Below are positions 38,287 through 48,256 of a stretch of DNA of 64,000 bases, one piece after another. This DNA comes from a virus: positions 96,001-160,000 of the IMG/VR virus record IMGVR_UViG_3300001533_002283; one strand, 5' to 3'. The notes beneath the pieces were generated by a model that saw only the letters and a program-made list of their open reading frames with translations, had not been told where the DNA came from and ran no database searches. The first letter of the stretch is position 1, and every line of letters begins with the position of its first letter. The position numbers and the translations under genes are program-made.

Positions 38287-39891
38287 TTATATTACTTCCG
38301 CCGCATCTCTCTGGAAAGTCCAAGCCGCATTTAACGCAAATTTTTTCTCAACGGGGGAATAATTATATTGAAGAGAGTTCACAAAAACATCTTGGCCGGT
38401 TGGAATATATTCGTTGGCGGTCGCTCTTGCATATTCTTTAACCACTTGGTAGCTATGGTCTTTGGTGAGACTAAAATCTATGGATAAGGAGCGATTACCC
38501 AAGGTAGAGTTATCTTGAGGTTGGACGATTTCCGCCACATTATAAATCTCAAATTTGTTGAGTAGGCGGGTTGGGATACTATCGGTCGCGTTAATCTCCC
38601 TAGTCTTAACCCCGCTCACTCCATCGTTGTGAACCGGATTATCAGAGAAAGTAAAGCCATATTGGACACTCCCATCGAATTGAGACGAGGTAGAGTTTTC
38701 CCCAACGCGTTTTAGTGTAAGAGGCACTCCAACATATCCAGTATAAACCCCATAGTTTCGCGCGAAAACATTTTCTCTCACACCCTGATAAAAATTCTTG
38801 GCGCGGAAATACCCGTCATTTTGCGGAACGCCATGTCCAACGATATTACCATTTTCCCTCACATTGTAATATCTGCCATCTTTTTCAATCTCATTGGTAA
38901 AACTCCAAGAGCAGCCACTAATTTGAGACGGGTCGTTAGTGTAGGAGATGTTATACTCGGCAGTGTTGGCGAAATGATTAAGTGATTGGGAATAAGAGAG
39001 ATAGCCGGTATAAAGAGGATGCGCGCCGATGTCGGAATAATCGGTGAAGAGTTCATTACATCTTGAATAAGAACCACTTACGATAGAATCTACCAACTGT
39101 GGTAACTTGTTAAAATTCACCATGTTAAGATTCCCACTAATGTTTTTTACGCTGCCATTTTCGCCCACCACGGCAATCCCATCGGAGCCAAGGTTAAAAG
39201 AATTGGTTCTGGTAAATAAAAACCCACTAGTGTTCTTCGGGCGGGTATAAGTCTCGGTGAATGAACACTGATTGGTTATAATATTGTAGGACTCATTATA
39301 GATTTTGAATCCAATATCTTGATTTTCCTCAAAAGAAAGTTCACCAAGAGGAACGTTACTAGCGATAAGACTCGCGGCGAAAGATTTAGCGAGGTCGATT
39401 GGCGAGATGAGCAGTCCGTTTCCACTATTTAGTTTTAATGAGACGTTGTGAGTGTAACCGTAAGTCTCCCCGTCACGATTATAAGAAAAAACTTCACTTA
39501 AATTATCAATTAAATCGTAGCGATTGCCAGAAGACGGTGCGATTCCACTGTAGTAGGCTCCGCTCAGGTTAAAAAGATTGCCAGTTTCGTAGCAAATTAT
39601 ACTCGCGGAGTAAGACTTTAACCTAACATCATTTCCCTCGGAAAAGTTAATTGAGGTGATTTTACCTTGGCCGAAATCGTATCCATTGATGATAACGCTG
39701 GAATAGTCTTCGTCGGTTGAGAATAAATCGTTGATACCACTCTGAATGCCAGAAACGCCCTCGGTGTTGCCCACATCACGAACAACACCCTCCACCGTTA
39801 AACTCTTTTGATTTTGGTAACGAAAAGATTCTCCAAAAAATTGTGAAGTTTGGTTGTAAGAGAGGATGGAAGCGTTGGAGAGGTTTAGCAT
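38287..39891 (-). CDS. Putative distal tail protein (repeated beta domains)
   Basis: Immediately downstream of the tape measure gene. Confidence 0.6.
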   Translation of the reverse strand: MLNLSNASILSYNQTSQFFGESFRYQNQKSLTVEGVVRDVGNTEGVSGIQSGINDLFSTDEDYSSVIINGYDFGQGKITSINFSEGNDVRLKSYSASIICYETGNLFNLSGAYYSGIAPSSGNRYDLIDNLSEVFSYNRDGETYGYTHNVSLKLNSGNGLLISPIDLAKSFAASLIASNVPLGELSFEENQDIGFKIYNESYNIITNQCSFTETYTRPKNTSGFLFTRTNSFNLGSDGIAVVGENGSVKNISGNLNMVNFNKLPQLVDSIVSGSYSRCNELFTDYSDIGAHPLYTGYLSYSQSLNHFANTAEYNISYTNDPSQISGCSWSFTNEIEKDGRYYNVRENGNIVGHGVPQNDGYFRAKNFYQGVRENVFARNYGVYTGYVGVPLTLKRVGENSTSSQFDGSVQYGFTFSDNPVHNDGVSGVKTREINATDSIPTRLLNKFEIYNVAEIVQPQDNSTLGNRSLSIDFSLTKDHSYQVVKEYARATANEYIPTGQDVFVNSLQYNYSPVEKKFALNAAWTFQRDAAEVI

Positions 39892-39902
39892 GGCGTGGTA
39901 TA

Positions 39903-42900
39903 TTAGCGACGAGCACCAGAGGGCGCGGCGGTTGGCATAGTGTTCAATCCGTTATCCTTATTATTCTGATTCTTTAATTCCAGAACCATTTTTACAGTTT
40001 TTTCTACCGTCTCTTTTATTTGGGCTATTTCCTCGGGGGTAACGCGACCATCTTTTACAATAACTTCAAGAGCGGCGTTGATTTTATTTTCAACCGCAAT
40101 TTTGGTTTTATCGCTGGCCCCTTCAAGAGCCTCGGTTAACCCTTTGTTGATAGAAGCACCAAATGCTAATCCACCTTCTTCAGCGGCAGCTTTAAAATTA
40201 ATAGCAGCGGTTTTTTCGGCCAAATCTTTTTCCTGATTTTGTCTATTTTTTTGACCCGTGGTAAATCTGCCTGATGTATCGTTGTTAAATTGAGCGTCAA
40301 TGGCGGCGCGAGCAGGAACGTCGGCAAGACTATTTTGGACGTTAAAAAGAGATTGGTTTGAAAGGGTGGTTCTACCCGTAAAAGTAGACTCCATTGTTGG
40401 AGCGCCGGGTTTAGGGGCCGAGCCATAAACTTCCTTAATCACATCCTTAACCCCCATGAAGAGATTTAGATTCCGGGTTTCTTCGTTCAGTCTCTCCTCG
40501 GCCTGATTAAACGCTTCGGCGGCAGATTTAACCCGCTCGCCAAACTCGAAAACTTCGGTATTTAATTTTTCGAACAAAGCTTGAGAGCGTTCGGGGGCGA
40601 AAGAGAAAATAAGCTGTTTTAGCTTTTCATCTTGACCCTCTTTGTTTGGCGATAAAAATTGAAGGAAGTTTTGAGACGCCTCGTTACCTTTGAATCTTTC
40701 TGCTATTTCGCTGACACTTCCACCCCTTGATATTTCGCGAGTTAACAAAGAAGTAGAGTCCTGTAGTCTCAACGTCGGATCTTTTTTAATAAAATCTTGT
40801 AGATTTCTCCCGGAGACCGCTTGGGCGGCTTGGTTGAACGCTTCAGAAGAAGTTCCTCTTAATAGACCGCGAGCAGAATCACTAGGTGTAACAAAAGCCA
40901 TTCTATCCCTCAGCTCATTCGCACTTGTTTGTTTTCCAATTAAGGCTTGCTGCTCTTCTTTTAATTTTGTTTCTGCCGCTGTTTTAGCAACTCCAGCATC
41001 AATAACCTTTTGTCTCTCGGCGAAAACAAGTATTAAATCTTCAATAGCCGCGATAGTGTTTTTAGTATTTTCCGCAATATTTTTTGCCGTAGTTAGCTCC
41101 TCTTTTTGTAACGCCAACGGGGTAACAAATTGATCGTTGGCTCTAACCATGGCGGCTTCCCTTGACAATCCAGCAACCTGACCGGCAGACCCAACAATGC
41201 CCCTTAATCTTCTCGCGGCGTCAGGATTACGAATGCCTAAATTGGATGTTTCTAACACTCTTTGGGCTTCTGAATAATCGGTCCCCCCCTTGGTTCTATC
41301 CAGCGTCAACGCCTCAAATAATCTACGTTGCAAATCTCTACCTCCAACATCACCACCGGGACCAAACGCGCCCCCCGCTTGAAACTCGCCTTCAAAAAAC
41401 CCTTTAAGTGACGCTGCCAACACTTGACGGTTTTTTTGCAAAATATCAAATTGATTAGCGTCGGCCACTCTTTCCAGATTCTCCGGAGTTCTAAATGAAT
41501 CAACCATTTCGGGTAGAATTTGGCCAAGTTGAATTAACCCTTGTGCCTCCGTAATTCTACCTTGTGTAGAACCAATCCCCGCCGCCATTCTCTCTTCGGG
41601 AAACATAAACGCGCGACTTCTCAAAGTTTTATTCGCCGCATTCACGCCCGCCCCCGCGCGAGCACCTTCAAAAATCGCCGTGGGATCTAATTCTTGTCCT
41701 AAACCACCGCCAAAAATTCTACCTAAGTCTCTACGACGAAGTAATTTTTCCTGAGTTTTAAGCTGCAACTCCTGAATTTCCGTCTGTTCATTTTGACGAA
41801 TCGCCATTTCCTGAGCGTTTTTAAGAAAAGAGCCGAGTAAATCTTGAATGGCCTTGCGCGACTCTGCAATATTCTTAAAACTATCATCTCCAAGGGCTTC
41901 TAATTTTCTTAATTCGTCCACCACATCAATGCTCGCTCTCGGGTCTTTTAACGCATCAAGGAAAGCGGTTTTTAGCGGTCCTTCTTTTAAGTTATCCGAG
42001 CCAAAACTGACCAGCCCGCTTCTCGCGGAACTTCTTAAAGCCCGATCTTCTTCTGATTTGGAAAACTCCAGCTCTCTCCGCGCCATATTAGCCTGACGCA
42101 GAAACACACTGGATTCAGTCGCACCACCCGCCGAAAGAAGTTTAAGTTGTTCCGCCTGTCCCGCTAAACCAATTCTTCCAGTAGATGAAGATTGCAATTC
42201 TAAAATTTGTCTCGTATTATCAATGTCGATAACAAGTTTTTTAAAATCCTCGTTGTATTTTTGAAGCTGGAGAACATATTTTTGGTCTATTTTAGAGCGT
42301 TCCTCCATCTCCTTTGTTATCCCGCGACCCTGAATTGCCGAGTCTAGAACAACAAGAAGCTCGTTTACATCTTTTCCCACTTTTGAGGCGTCTAAGCCGA
42401 ATTTTGATAAAGCCTCGGATACCGCCTTTATATCTCCACCGGTTCTTAAATTTTCAAAATTTTTCCTAACTTCCTCAAACACCTCGGGTTTAATTTTAGA
42501 GGAAATTGCTAAAGAATCACCAATTTTTGCCAAATCTTCTGTTCTTGCGGTTCCACCAAAACCTAAAGTTTTATTAACTCTCCCCGCGTTCGCCGCAGTA
42601 ATCGCAACCCCGACACTCTCTTCTGCCAGCTTCAACGCATTTTTATTAGCAAGTTCGGAAACCGCTTTGTTTAGTGCATCAACATTGCCCGCCGCATCAA
42701 GGAACTTACGACGAGTTTCATTATCACCAATGTTATTAAAAAGTGTGGTTAATTGAGTGTTTAAATTGGTTATATCAGAAGTTTTGGCGTTACCCGAAGC
42801 AATCAAATCTGAAAGTTGGGCCTGAACGGTGGCATATTGTTGAGCGTTGGTAACATTTGATTCCAAGCTAGCCGATAACTGTTGGTAAGCATCGGCGGCG

Positions 42901-45900
42901 GCTCTAAACTCTTTTTCTGATTTTTTTGCAGCGGCACCGAGAGTTCCAACGGCAAGACCCAAAGTTCCCATCACGGCGATACCCATTGGACCGGCGAGAG
43001 AGCCTAGCGCGGCACCACTTGCGGCACCTTGAACACCACCGGCAACAACTCCGCTACCCAACACACCGGAACCGGCCAAGGCAGATGCACCAAAACTTGC
43101 GGCAATCGCGCCGCCAGTTAATCTACCCGAACGTAATTGACGAGTTTGCTGTTGACGAGTTTCTAGCGCAATTTGCTGTTGCGGGGTGAGTTTTTGTCCA
43201 GCGGGAACACCCAAGGTATTTCTTAATGCTTTTTCGTCGCCCTTGGCAGAACCAAAAAATCCAGCTATCCCACGCTCACGAGTGGCAAAAGTTCCAGAAA
43301 GTGCTTGGTCAAAATTAACAGCGGAACTAGCCTGAATAAACTGACTTCTGAACTCCCCGATTCTTTTACGCAAAAGTTCCCTCGCAACCGGATCGGCTTT
43401 TATTTGATTAGAAGTGAACCCCCTAAATTCATCACTCTGAATAGCCGAACGAAAAGCGGCGGCGTCAATAGCTCCTCTCTGACGCTTGTCAAGTTGAGAA
43501 AATCTAGTTCCAGAAGAAATTGATTCCTGAGCGCCAGATAATAATTCTGATATATTTCTTCCTTGGGAAGCGCGAGCAATTTGACCTCTTAAAGAATTCA
43601 TCTCAATAGAACCGCCACCCCTTAATCCAACTGGAATAGAAGGTGAATAAGGAATGCCTGTGGCATATCTAGCTTGCTCCCTATTTCTTATAGCAGTCAT
43701 CCTTGCTTCCGCCTCTTCCGTGGAAAGTTTATTACCGCCGCTTCTAAAAATAGAAGCCAATCTCTTTTCCTCTTCGGCCCTTTCTGCCATGACTTTACCT
43801 AGCTTCGCGCCCGCGTTTTGAATTACTGTATTAACCTTGGCCAATCCAGAATTTGTTAAATTAAGGGTTTTAGTATATTCGTTAAGTTCCCTTACAGCGT
43901 TACTAAAATCTTGCGGCGAAACCGCCATTCTAACTTTAGAAGAAAGAGAGCGTAGTTTTTTAGCCTCATCCGCAAATAAAGTCTGTTCTCCACTTAAAAT
44001 AGAAACGTTACCCAAAATATCTTTAACCTTGCCCGTAGGAGTTCTTCTTGAGACATTATCAAATTCGGCAAAATTCGGAACAAACCCATTCCCTGTCCCT
44101 TTCTTCGGGTCCATACCAAGCGCGATTGCGCGATTTACCCCTTGAAAGCCACCAAGAGGTTCGTCACGACGATTCGCAACGAGTAGTCCCATTGGATTCC
44201 GAGGGGATTTTACACGGGGATCTCTATCAACGTAAATAGACGACGCAGGAACTCCGGCCATTTTTTCTCTATTAACGGCCTGAGCAATAGGGTCGGCAAA
44301 ACGCGGAGCCTCCCCCTTAATGTTGAATTTTCCCCCACTAAAACTCATTCCCGCCTCACCAATCTTACTTTGCCCAATACCAACTCGGCTTAAACCACCA
44401 CCAGAAGCAAAACCGGGGGAAAGATTAGAGGTAAGAGCCCCAGCCGATGCGCGTAATGCAACTTGTTCTCTTACAATAGCTAAAATTCTTCTTTCAACCT
44501 GCTCTAGACTAGTTGCTCCCTTAATAATATCAGCATAAGATTTACCAGAAAGTTCGAGTAATTTTTGCACTTCCGCCTGAACTTGTCTTTGGCGTTCGAC
44601 CCCCCGAACGTTATCCAGAATTGACTTACCCGCTTGAACGGCGAAAGAGCCAAGGCGAAGGAAAAGAGCTATTAAACCAGCGGAGGCAAGGGCCAATCCG
44701 GGGCCGCTTAGTGCGCCGCCAATGCCCTTGAGTAATCCTTCTCCAATGCTAGTTCCTGCCTTTTCTCCCTCTTGCGATGAAAAAATCTTTAGGAAAAAAT
44801 TAGCCCAAGTCTCCAACTCTTTGATAACGGGTCCAAATATATTAGAGCCAAGTTCCGCACTTAACTGAGTAATACCAACTTTAATAGCATTGAGAGAAGC
44901 TGCCGTGGTTTTATTTAATTCTTCGTTACGGCGAATAGCTTCGTCAGTAGCGTCGTTAGCAACCACAAGAGCGCGAGCATAAAACCCATATTCTTTGCTC
45001 AAATCATTTAATTGCGCTTTTAACTGATTGATTTGGAAAACACCACCGACCAACTCGGAAACGAAAGCCTTTTGTTCTTGACCTAATCCGTCATAGACTA
45101 GTGAAAGATTTTTAAGAATTTGAGGAGCACCAAGTAACTCTCCATTAACTTGACGAACCGCCACGCCAATCTTTTCCAACTGTTCCAAAGTAGAACTACG
45201 TTGAAGGCGGGTGAAAATAGTTTTAAGAGAATTACCAATAACCGCGCCGCCACGAGCCGTAGTCTGTTGAGCGGCAGTTACTAACGCAACCAGTTCATCA
45301 AAACTCACACCCGCGTCACTCGCCGCACTAGCAGAACGCTTAATAGCTTCGGTAAGGTCTCGTTCTGAAACCGCGAACTTGGCGGCAACATTCGCGAGTT
45401 TATTAACCACCACTACGTCATCGAGAGCTTCTTTGCTAAATGAGTTGATTGCTGCGGTAAGACCCTCAACCGCATCCTTGGCCTCCAACCCGCCTAAACG
45501 AGCAAGAATCAGCGCGGCATTTAATCTTTTTGTGGTAGCTTCGGCACTAAGACCTTGGCGGGATAACTCTAGTGCGGCCTCGGCGGCAACTTGAAACCCC
45601 GTTCCGGCATTCTTCGCGGCTTGAAAAATTTCATCGGTGAACTTAGCGAGATTCTTATTGGTCTGATTGAGAACACTGTTAATATCCGCGATAACTTTCT
45701 CCACCTCAATAGCATCGGTGATTACAGCGCGTAAACCTCTCTGAACGGCGAAAATAGCCCCGGCAGAAGCACCGAATGCCAAAACACGGGCGTTGGATGC
45801 CTCCATTGATTTGTTAAACTCATTGGCCTGCCCCGTGATTCTACCAAGGGGACCACTCAGGCGATTCAACCCACTGGCATCAATTTTGGGCCTAAGGTTC

Positions 45901-45983
45901 AGCGCACGTTCAGCCGAGCGAGCACCACGAATGATACTTTGCTCAATTCCTGTAACTTTGCCTGTTAAAATAATTGATTCCAT
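39903..45983 (-). CDS. Tail tape measure protein (TP901-family core)
   Basis: 2026 aa, helical; ELSRQG...VNKLANV...L.EAI.R..S.A...GV.FDEL..L...G..IGNSLKTIF.R. Confidence 0.92.
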   Translation of the reverse strand: MESIILTGKVTGIEQSIIRGARSAERALNLRPKIDASGLNRLSGPLGRITGQANEFNKSMEASNARVLAFGASAGAIFAVQRGLRAVITDAIEVEKVIADINSVLNQTNKNLAKFTDEIFQAAKNAGTGFQVAAEAALELSRQGLSAEATTKRLNAALILARLGGLEAKDAVEGLTAAINSFSKEALDDVVVVNKLANVAAKFAVSERDLTEAIKRSASAASDAGVSFDELVALVTAAQQTTARGGAVIGNSLKTIFTRLQRSSTLEQLEKIGVAVRQVNGELLGAPQILKNLSLVYDGLGQEQKAFVSELVGGVFQINQLKAQLNDLSKEYGFYARALVVANDATDEAIRRNEELNKTTAASLNAIKVGITQLSAELGSNIFGPVIKELETWANFFLKIFSSQEGEKAGTSIGEGLLKGIGGALSGPGLALASAGLIALFLRLGSFAVQAGKSILDNVRGVERQRQVQAEVQKLLELSGKSYADIIKGATSLEQVERRILAIVREQVALRASAGALTSNLSPGFASGGGLSRVGIGQSKIGEAGMSFSGGKFNIKGEAPRFADPIAQAVNREKMAGVPASSIYVDRDPRVKSPRNPMGLLVANRRDEPLGGFQGVNRAIALGMDPKKGTGNGFVPNFAEFDNVSRRTPTGKVKDILGNVSILSGEQTLFADEAKKLRSLSSKVRMAVSPQDFSNAVRELNEYTKTLNLTNSGLAKVNTVIQNAGAKLGKVMAERAEEEKRLASIFRSGGNKLSTEEAEARMTAIRNREQARYATGIPYSPSIPVGLRGGGSIEMNSLRGQIARASQGRNISELLSGAQESISSGTRFSQLDKRQRGAIDAAAFRSAIQSDEFRGFTSNQIKADPVARELLRKRIGEFRSQFIQASSAVNFDQALSGTFATRERGIAGFFGSAKGDEKALRNTLGVPAGQKLTPQQQIALETRQQQTRQLRSGRLTGGAIAASFGASALAGSGVLGSGVVAGGVQGAASGAALGSLAGPMGIAVMGTLGLAVGTLGAAAKKSEKEFRAAADAYQQLSASLESNVTNAQQYATVQAQLSDLIASGNAKTSDITNLNTQLTTLFNNIGDNETRRKFLDAAGNVDALNKAVSELANKNALKLAEESVGVAITAANAGRVNKTLGFGGTARTEDLAKIGDSLAISSKIKPEVFEEVRKNFENLRTGGDIKAVSEALSKFGLDASKVGKDVNELLVVLDSAIQGRGITKEMEERSKIDQKYVLQLQKYNEDFKKLVIDIDNTRQILELQSSSTGRIGLAGQAEQLKLLSAGGATESSVFLRQANMARRELEFSKSEEDRALRSSARSGLVSFGSDNLKEGPLKTAFLDALKDPRASIDVVDELRKLEALGDDSFKNIAESRKAIQDLLGSFLKNAQEMAIRQNEQTEIQELQLKTQEKLLRRRDLGRIFGGGLGQELDPTAIFEGARAGAGVNAANKTLRSRAFMFPEERMAAGIGSTQGRITEAQGLIQLGQILPEMVDSFRTPENLERVADANQFDILQKNRQVLAASLKGFFEGEFQAGGAFGPGGDVGGRDLQRRLFEALTLDRTKGGTDYSEAQRVLETSNLGIRNPDAARRLRGIVGSAGQVAGLSREAAMVRANDQFVTPLALQKEELTTAKNIAENTKNTIAAIEDLILVFAERQKVIDAGVAKTAAETKLKEEQQALIGKQTSANELRDRMAFVTPSDSARGLLRGTSSEAFNQAAQAVSGRNLQDFIKKDPTLRLQDSTSLLTREISRGGSVSEIAERFKGNEASQNFLQFLSPNKEGQDEKLKQLIFSFAPERSQALFEKLNTEVFEFGERVKSAAEAFNQAEERLNEETRNLNLFMGVKDVIKEVYGSAPKPGAPTMESTFTGRTTLSNQSLFNVQNSLADVPARAAIDAQFNNDTSGRFTTGQKNRQNQEKDLAEKTAAINFKAAAEEGGLAFGASINKGLTEALEGASDKTKIAVENKINAALEVIVKDGRVTPEEIAQIKETVEKTVKMVLELKNQNNKDNGLNTMPTAAPSGARR

Positions 45984-46053
45984 AGTGATGCCTTATACCT
46001 TAATTATATTACAGGGTTTTAGAGTAGAAAAGAAATAGGGTGAGAATATAATA

Positions 46054-47079
46054 TTAAGGCTGGTCCCACTTTTTTATCCCACCCGTTTGTCTCAGTTCGG
46101 CCATCTCTCTCCCCGTCAAACTACCCTTGCCAGTCTCCTTCAATTTCTTTCTCGCCCAAACGGCCTGAGAATTATCCACTTTCATCCCCATTTTTTCATA
46201 ATCTTCATTGGTAGCCCCCACCTGACTAACCGCGCCAAGCTCTCCCTGAGTGTTGGTAAGATTCTTTTGGGCCTCATTATTAAGATTCATAAACGAGATA
46301 AGTTTTTCAGGGTCGGATAAGATTTCGGCGGGAATCCTATTCTCACTATTATTTATCATATTTTTGAATGTTTTACCCCAGTAAGATAAATCCGATTGGA
46401 AAATAGTGAGGTCTAAGATTCTTTTTCCCCAAAATTCCTGTATGGAATCAGTGAGGTAAAAAAGATTTTGAAAGAATGGTTGAAGTGCTATCTTTTTAAT
46501 CGCCAACCCATCAATATTACCCACGCTCGTATTAAAACAGTGAGTTAGTTGATTTAATTGATATTCTTCCAACTCGTCAAAATCACTCTCGTCAAATAAC
46601 ATCTCGTTCAAATCACCTTTTCTCATCGAGTAGAAAATAAAATACTCGTTAAGTCGCTTATTAGCATAGATTTCCGCAGTTTTACCAACAAACCCGTATT
46701 TTTCCTCTTGTAAATCATTCAGCTTTTTTTGCTCATCTTTTATCTGATCCTCCAGTGCTTTTCTTTGGGACGGAACGGCAATTTTATTCAGGGTGGCGTT
46801 CAAACGAGTGATAAAATCCTTTGAGTAAAAAATTTTATCCTCATCTGTTTTGGTCCAGAACCCTTGTTTGTCCAATACTCTTAATCTATCCTCTTCTTTT
46901 GGAATGCCCCGCTTGACCGCGTAATCATGATACTCTTGCCGGAATGTATCAATTTTCGCCTGATCCTCCAAATTAAGATGCTTTATCTTTATCTCTTTCT
47001 CATCAAATTTCCCCACGGAATATCCTTTGGAAATGTCGATAAACATCCCGCGAAGAAGACTGGCCTGAACCTGTGACAT
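46054..47079 (-). CDS. Putative tail assembly chaperone (GT-equivalent)
   Basis: Sits directly before the tape measure gene; LT..Q..L...IP...DP..L C-terminal module; paralogue of the next gene. Confidence 0.6.
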   Translation of the reverse strand: MSQVQASLLRGMFIDISKGYSVGKFDEKEIKIKHLNLEDQAKIDTFRQEYHDYAVKRGIPKEEDRLRVLDKQGFWTKTDEDKIFYSKDFITRLNATLNKIAVPSQRKALEDQIKDEQKKLNDLQEEKYGFVGKTAEIYANKRLNEYFIFYSMRKGDLNEMLFDESDFDELEEYQLNQLTHCFNTSVGNIDGLAIKKIALQPFFQNLFYLTDSIQEFWGKRILDLTIFQSDLSYWGKTFKNMINNSENRIPAEILSDPEKLISFMNLNNEAQKNLTNTQGELGAVSQVGATNEDYEKMGMKVDNSQAVWARKKLKETGKGSLTGREMAELRQTGGIKKWDQP

Positions 47080-47081
47080 TA

Positions 47082-47816
47082 TTAGGTCAACTCTTCCTCT
47101 AGCGGCTTAAAGTCTTCCTTGGTTTTTGCGCCGGAGGTAAACCAATAGGCAATATAGGCACTAAGTTTATCTTTCGCGGCTAATACCACGGGGTCTTCGG
47201 CGTCAACCTTAGTTTCGTAATCATCAAGGCGAGCCTCAAAATCCGCGCCGGAGAAAAGTTCAGTAATTTTACCATCCTCCTCTTTGTAAGACAGAAACAC
47301 GGTGAACCAATTTAGCAAGCGATAGAAAGCCTTGTTGTCGGCAGTGTGATTAAAAATTTCACTACGCTGGGTTTCAAAATCAATGATTTGGCGCTTGACA
47401 ATAGTGATGGTAGTAAGGGCTTTCTCTCCCGCTTTTTTATCTTCCTCGCTTGCAGACTCTCCACGAGATAAATAACGTTGAGCCTCTAACGTAGCAGCGG
47501 TTAACTGCCCTTGTAAATCCATATAAAGGTCAATCTCGGGCTTGCTCAAATCGCCGCCTTTATCATTATACTTTTTCGCAACCTGTTGTTTGGTAAGAAG
47601 TCCCGCGTCCTGCATCTTGAAGAAAAACCGGGAGTATTCCAAGTCCGCTTCTTCGCGCTGGCGGCGAGTAGGTTTCTTAACGAGAATCTTCACGGTTTTG
47701 TCCTCAACCGTTTTGGTCTTGGTCAAGGTCTTAACGTCACCGTCAACAACCTCCGTTTCTTTCTCTACCTCAACGGGATAGGAAACATTAAAATCAAAGA
47801 TATATTTGTCGCTCAT
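47082..47816 (-). CDS. Putative tail assembly chaperone (G-equivalent)
   Basis: Lies between tail tube and tape measure genes; KKPTRRQ.EEA motif. Confidence 0.6.
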   Translation of the reverse strand: MSDKYIFDFNVSYPVEVEKETEVVDGDVKTLTKTKTVEDKTVKILVKKPTRRQREEADLEYSRFFFKMQDAGLLTKQQVAKKYNDKGGDLSKPEIDLYMDLQGQLTAATLEAQRYLSRGESASEEDKKAGEKALTTITIVKRQIIDFETQRSEIFNHTADNKAFYRLLNWFTVFLSYKEEDGKITELFSGADFEARLDDYETKVDAEDPVVLAAKDKLSAYIAYWFTSGAKTKEDFKPLEEELT

Positions 47817-47836
47817 AGTGTTATGTTATAAAATTG

Positions 47837-48127
47837 TTACTTATTATTCTTGAAATTTATATCAAATTTGGCAATCTCTGTTTGAATTGCCCGCGCGCAT
47901 TCGTTGCCCGCATCAAGAGTTTTCTTTCTAAGGTATTCAAACGCCCTCTCATCTAAATAATTGGCTTGAACGATCTGATTTTTCTTATCGTCGGGCAAGG
48001 ATTCAAAAAGTTTGGTAAAACTAATATCGTGTTGTTCCTTCAAGTCTTCTAAGAGACCGAGAAAGTGCTTAAACATTATTCTCACCTCTTTTTGAGTGTG
48101 GAAATCTAGATATTCTTTTGTGTCCAT
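47837..48127 (-). CDS. Hypothetical protein
   Basis: Likely start at MDTKEY, because the longer upstream extension overlaps a terminator and a CTGTAA motif. Confidence 0.6.
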   Translation of the reverse strand: MDTKEYLDFHTQKEVRIMFKHFLGLLEDLKEQHDISFTKLFESLPDDKKNQIVQANYLDERAFEYLRKKTLDAGNECARAIQTEIAKFDINFKNNK

Positions 48128-48195
48128 GAGAGTGCCTTTTACCAATTCGCTAACATCCTTCTGCCTGTTCTCCGTTACAGAAGAAACCCGAAAAA

Positions 48196-48237
48196 GAGAA
48201 ATCCCAACTGGAACTAAATCCAATTGGGACTTTCTCT
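48196..48237 (-). terminator. Probable terminator after the tail tube gene
   Basis: gagaaatcccaa...ttgggactttctc hairpin flanked by an A-tract. Confidence 0.55.
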
Positions 48238-48256
48238 AACTCTTAATTTTTAACTA

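Noticed and set aside
47082-47140. Programmed -1 frameshift at the end of the chaperone gene
   Set aside because: There is no XXXYYYZ heptamer (only GCAAAAACC), and the downstream gene has its own ATG.
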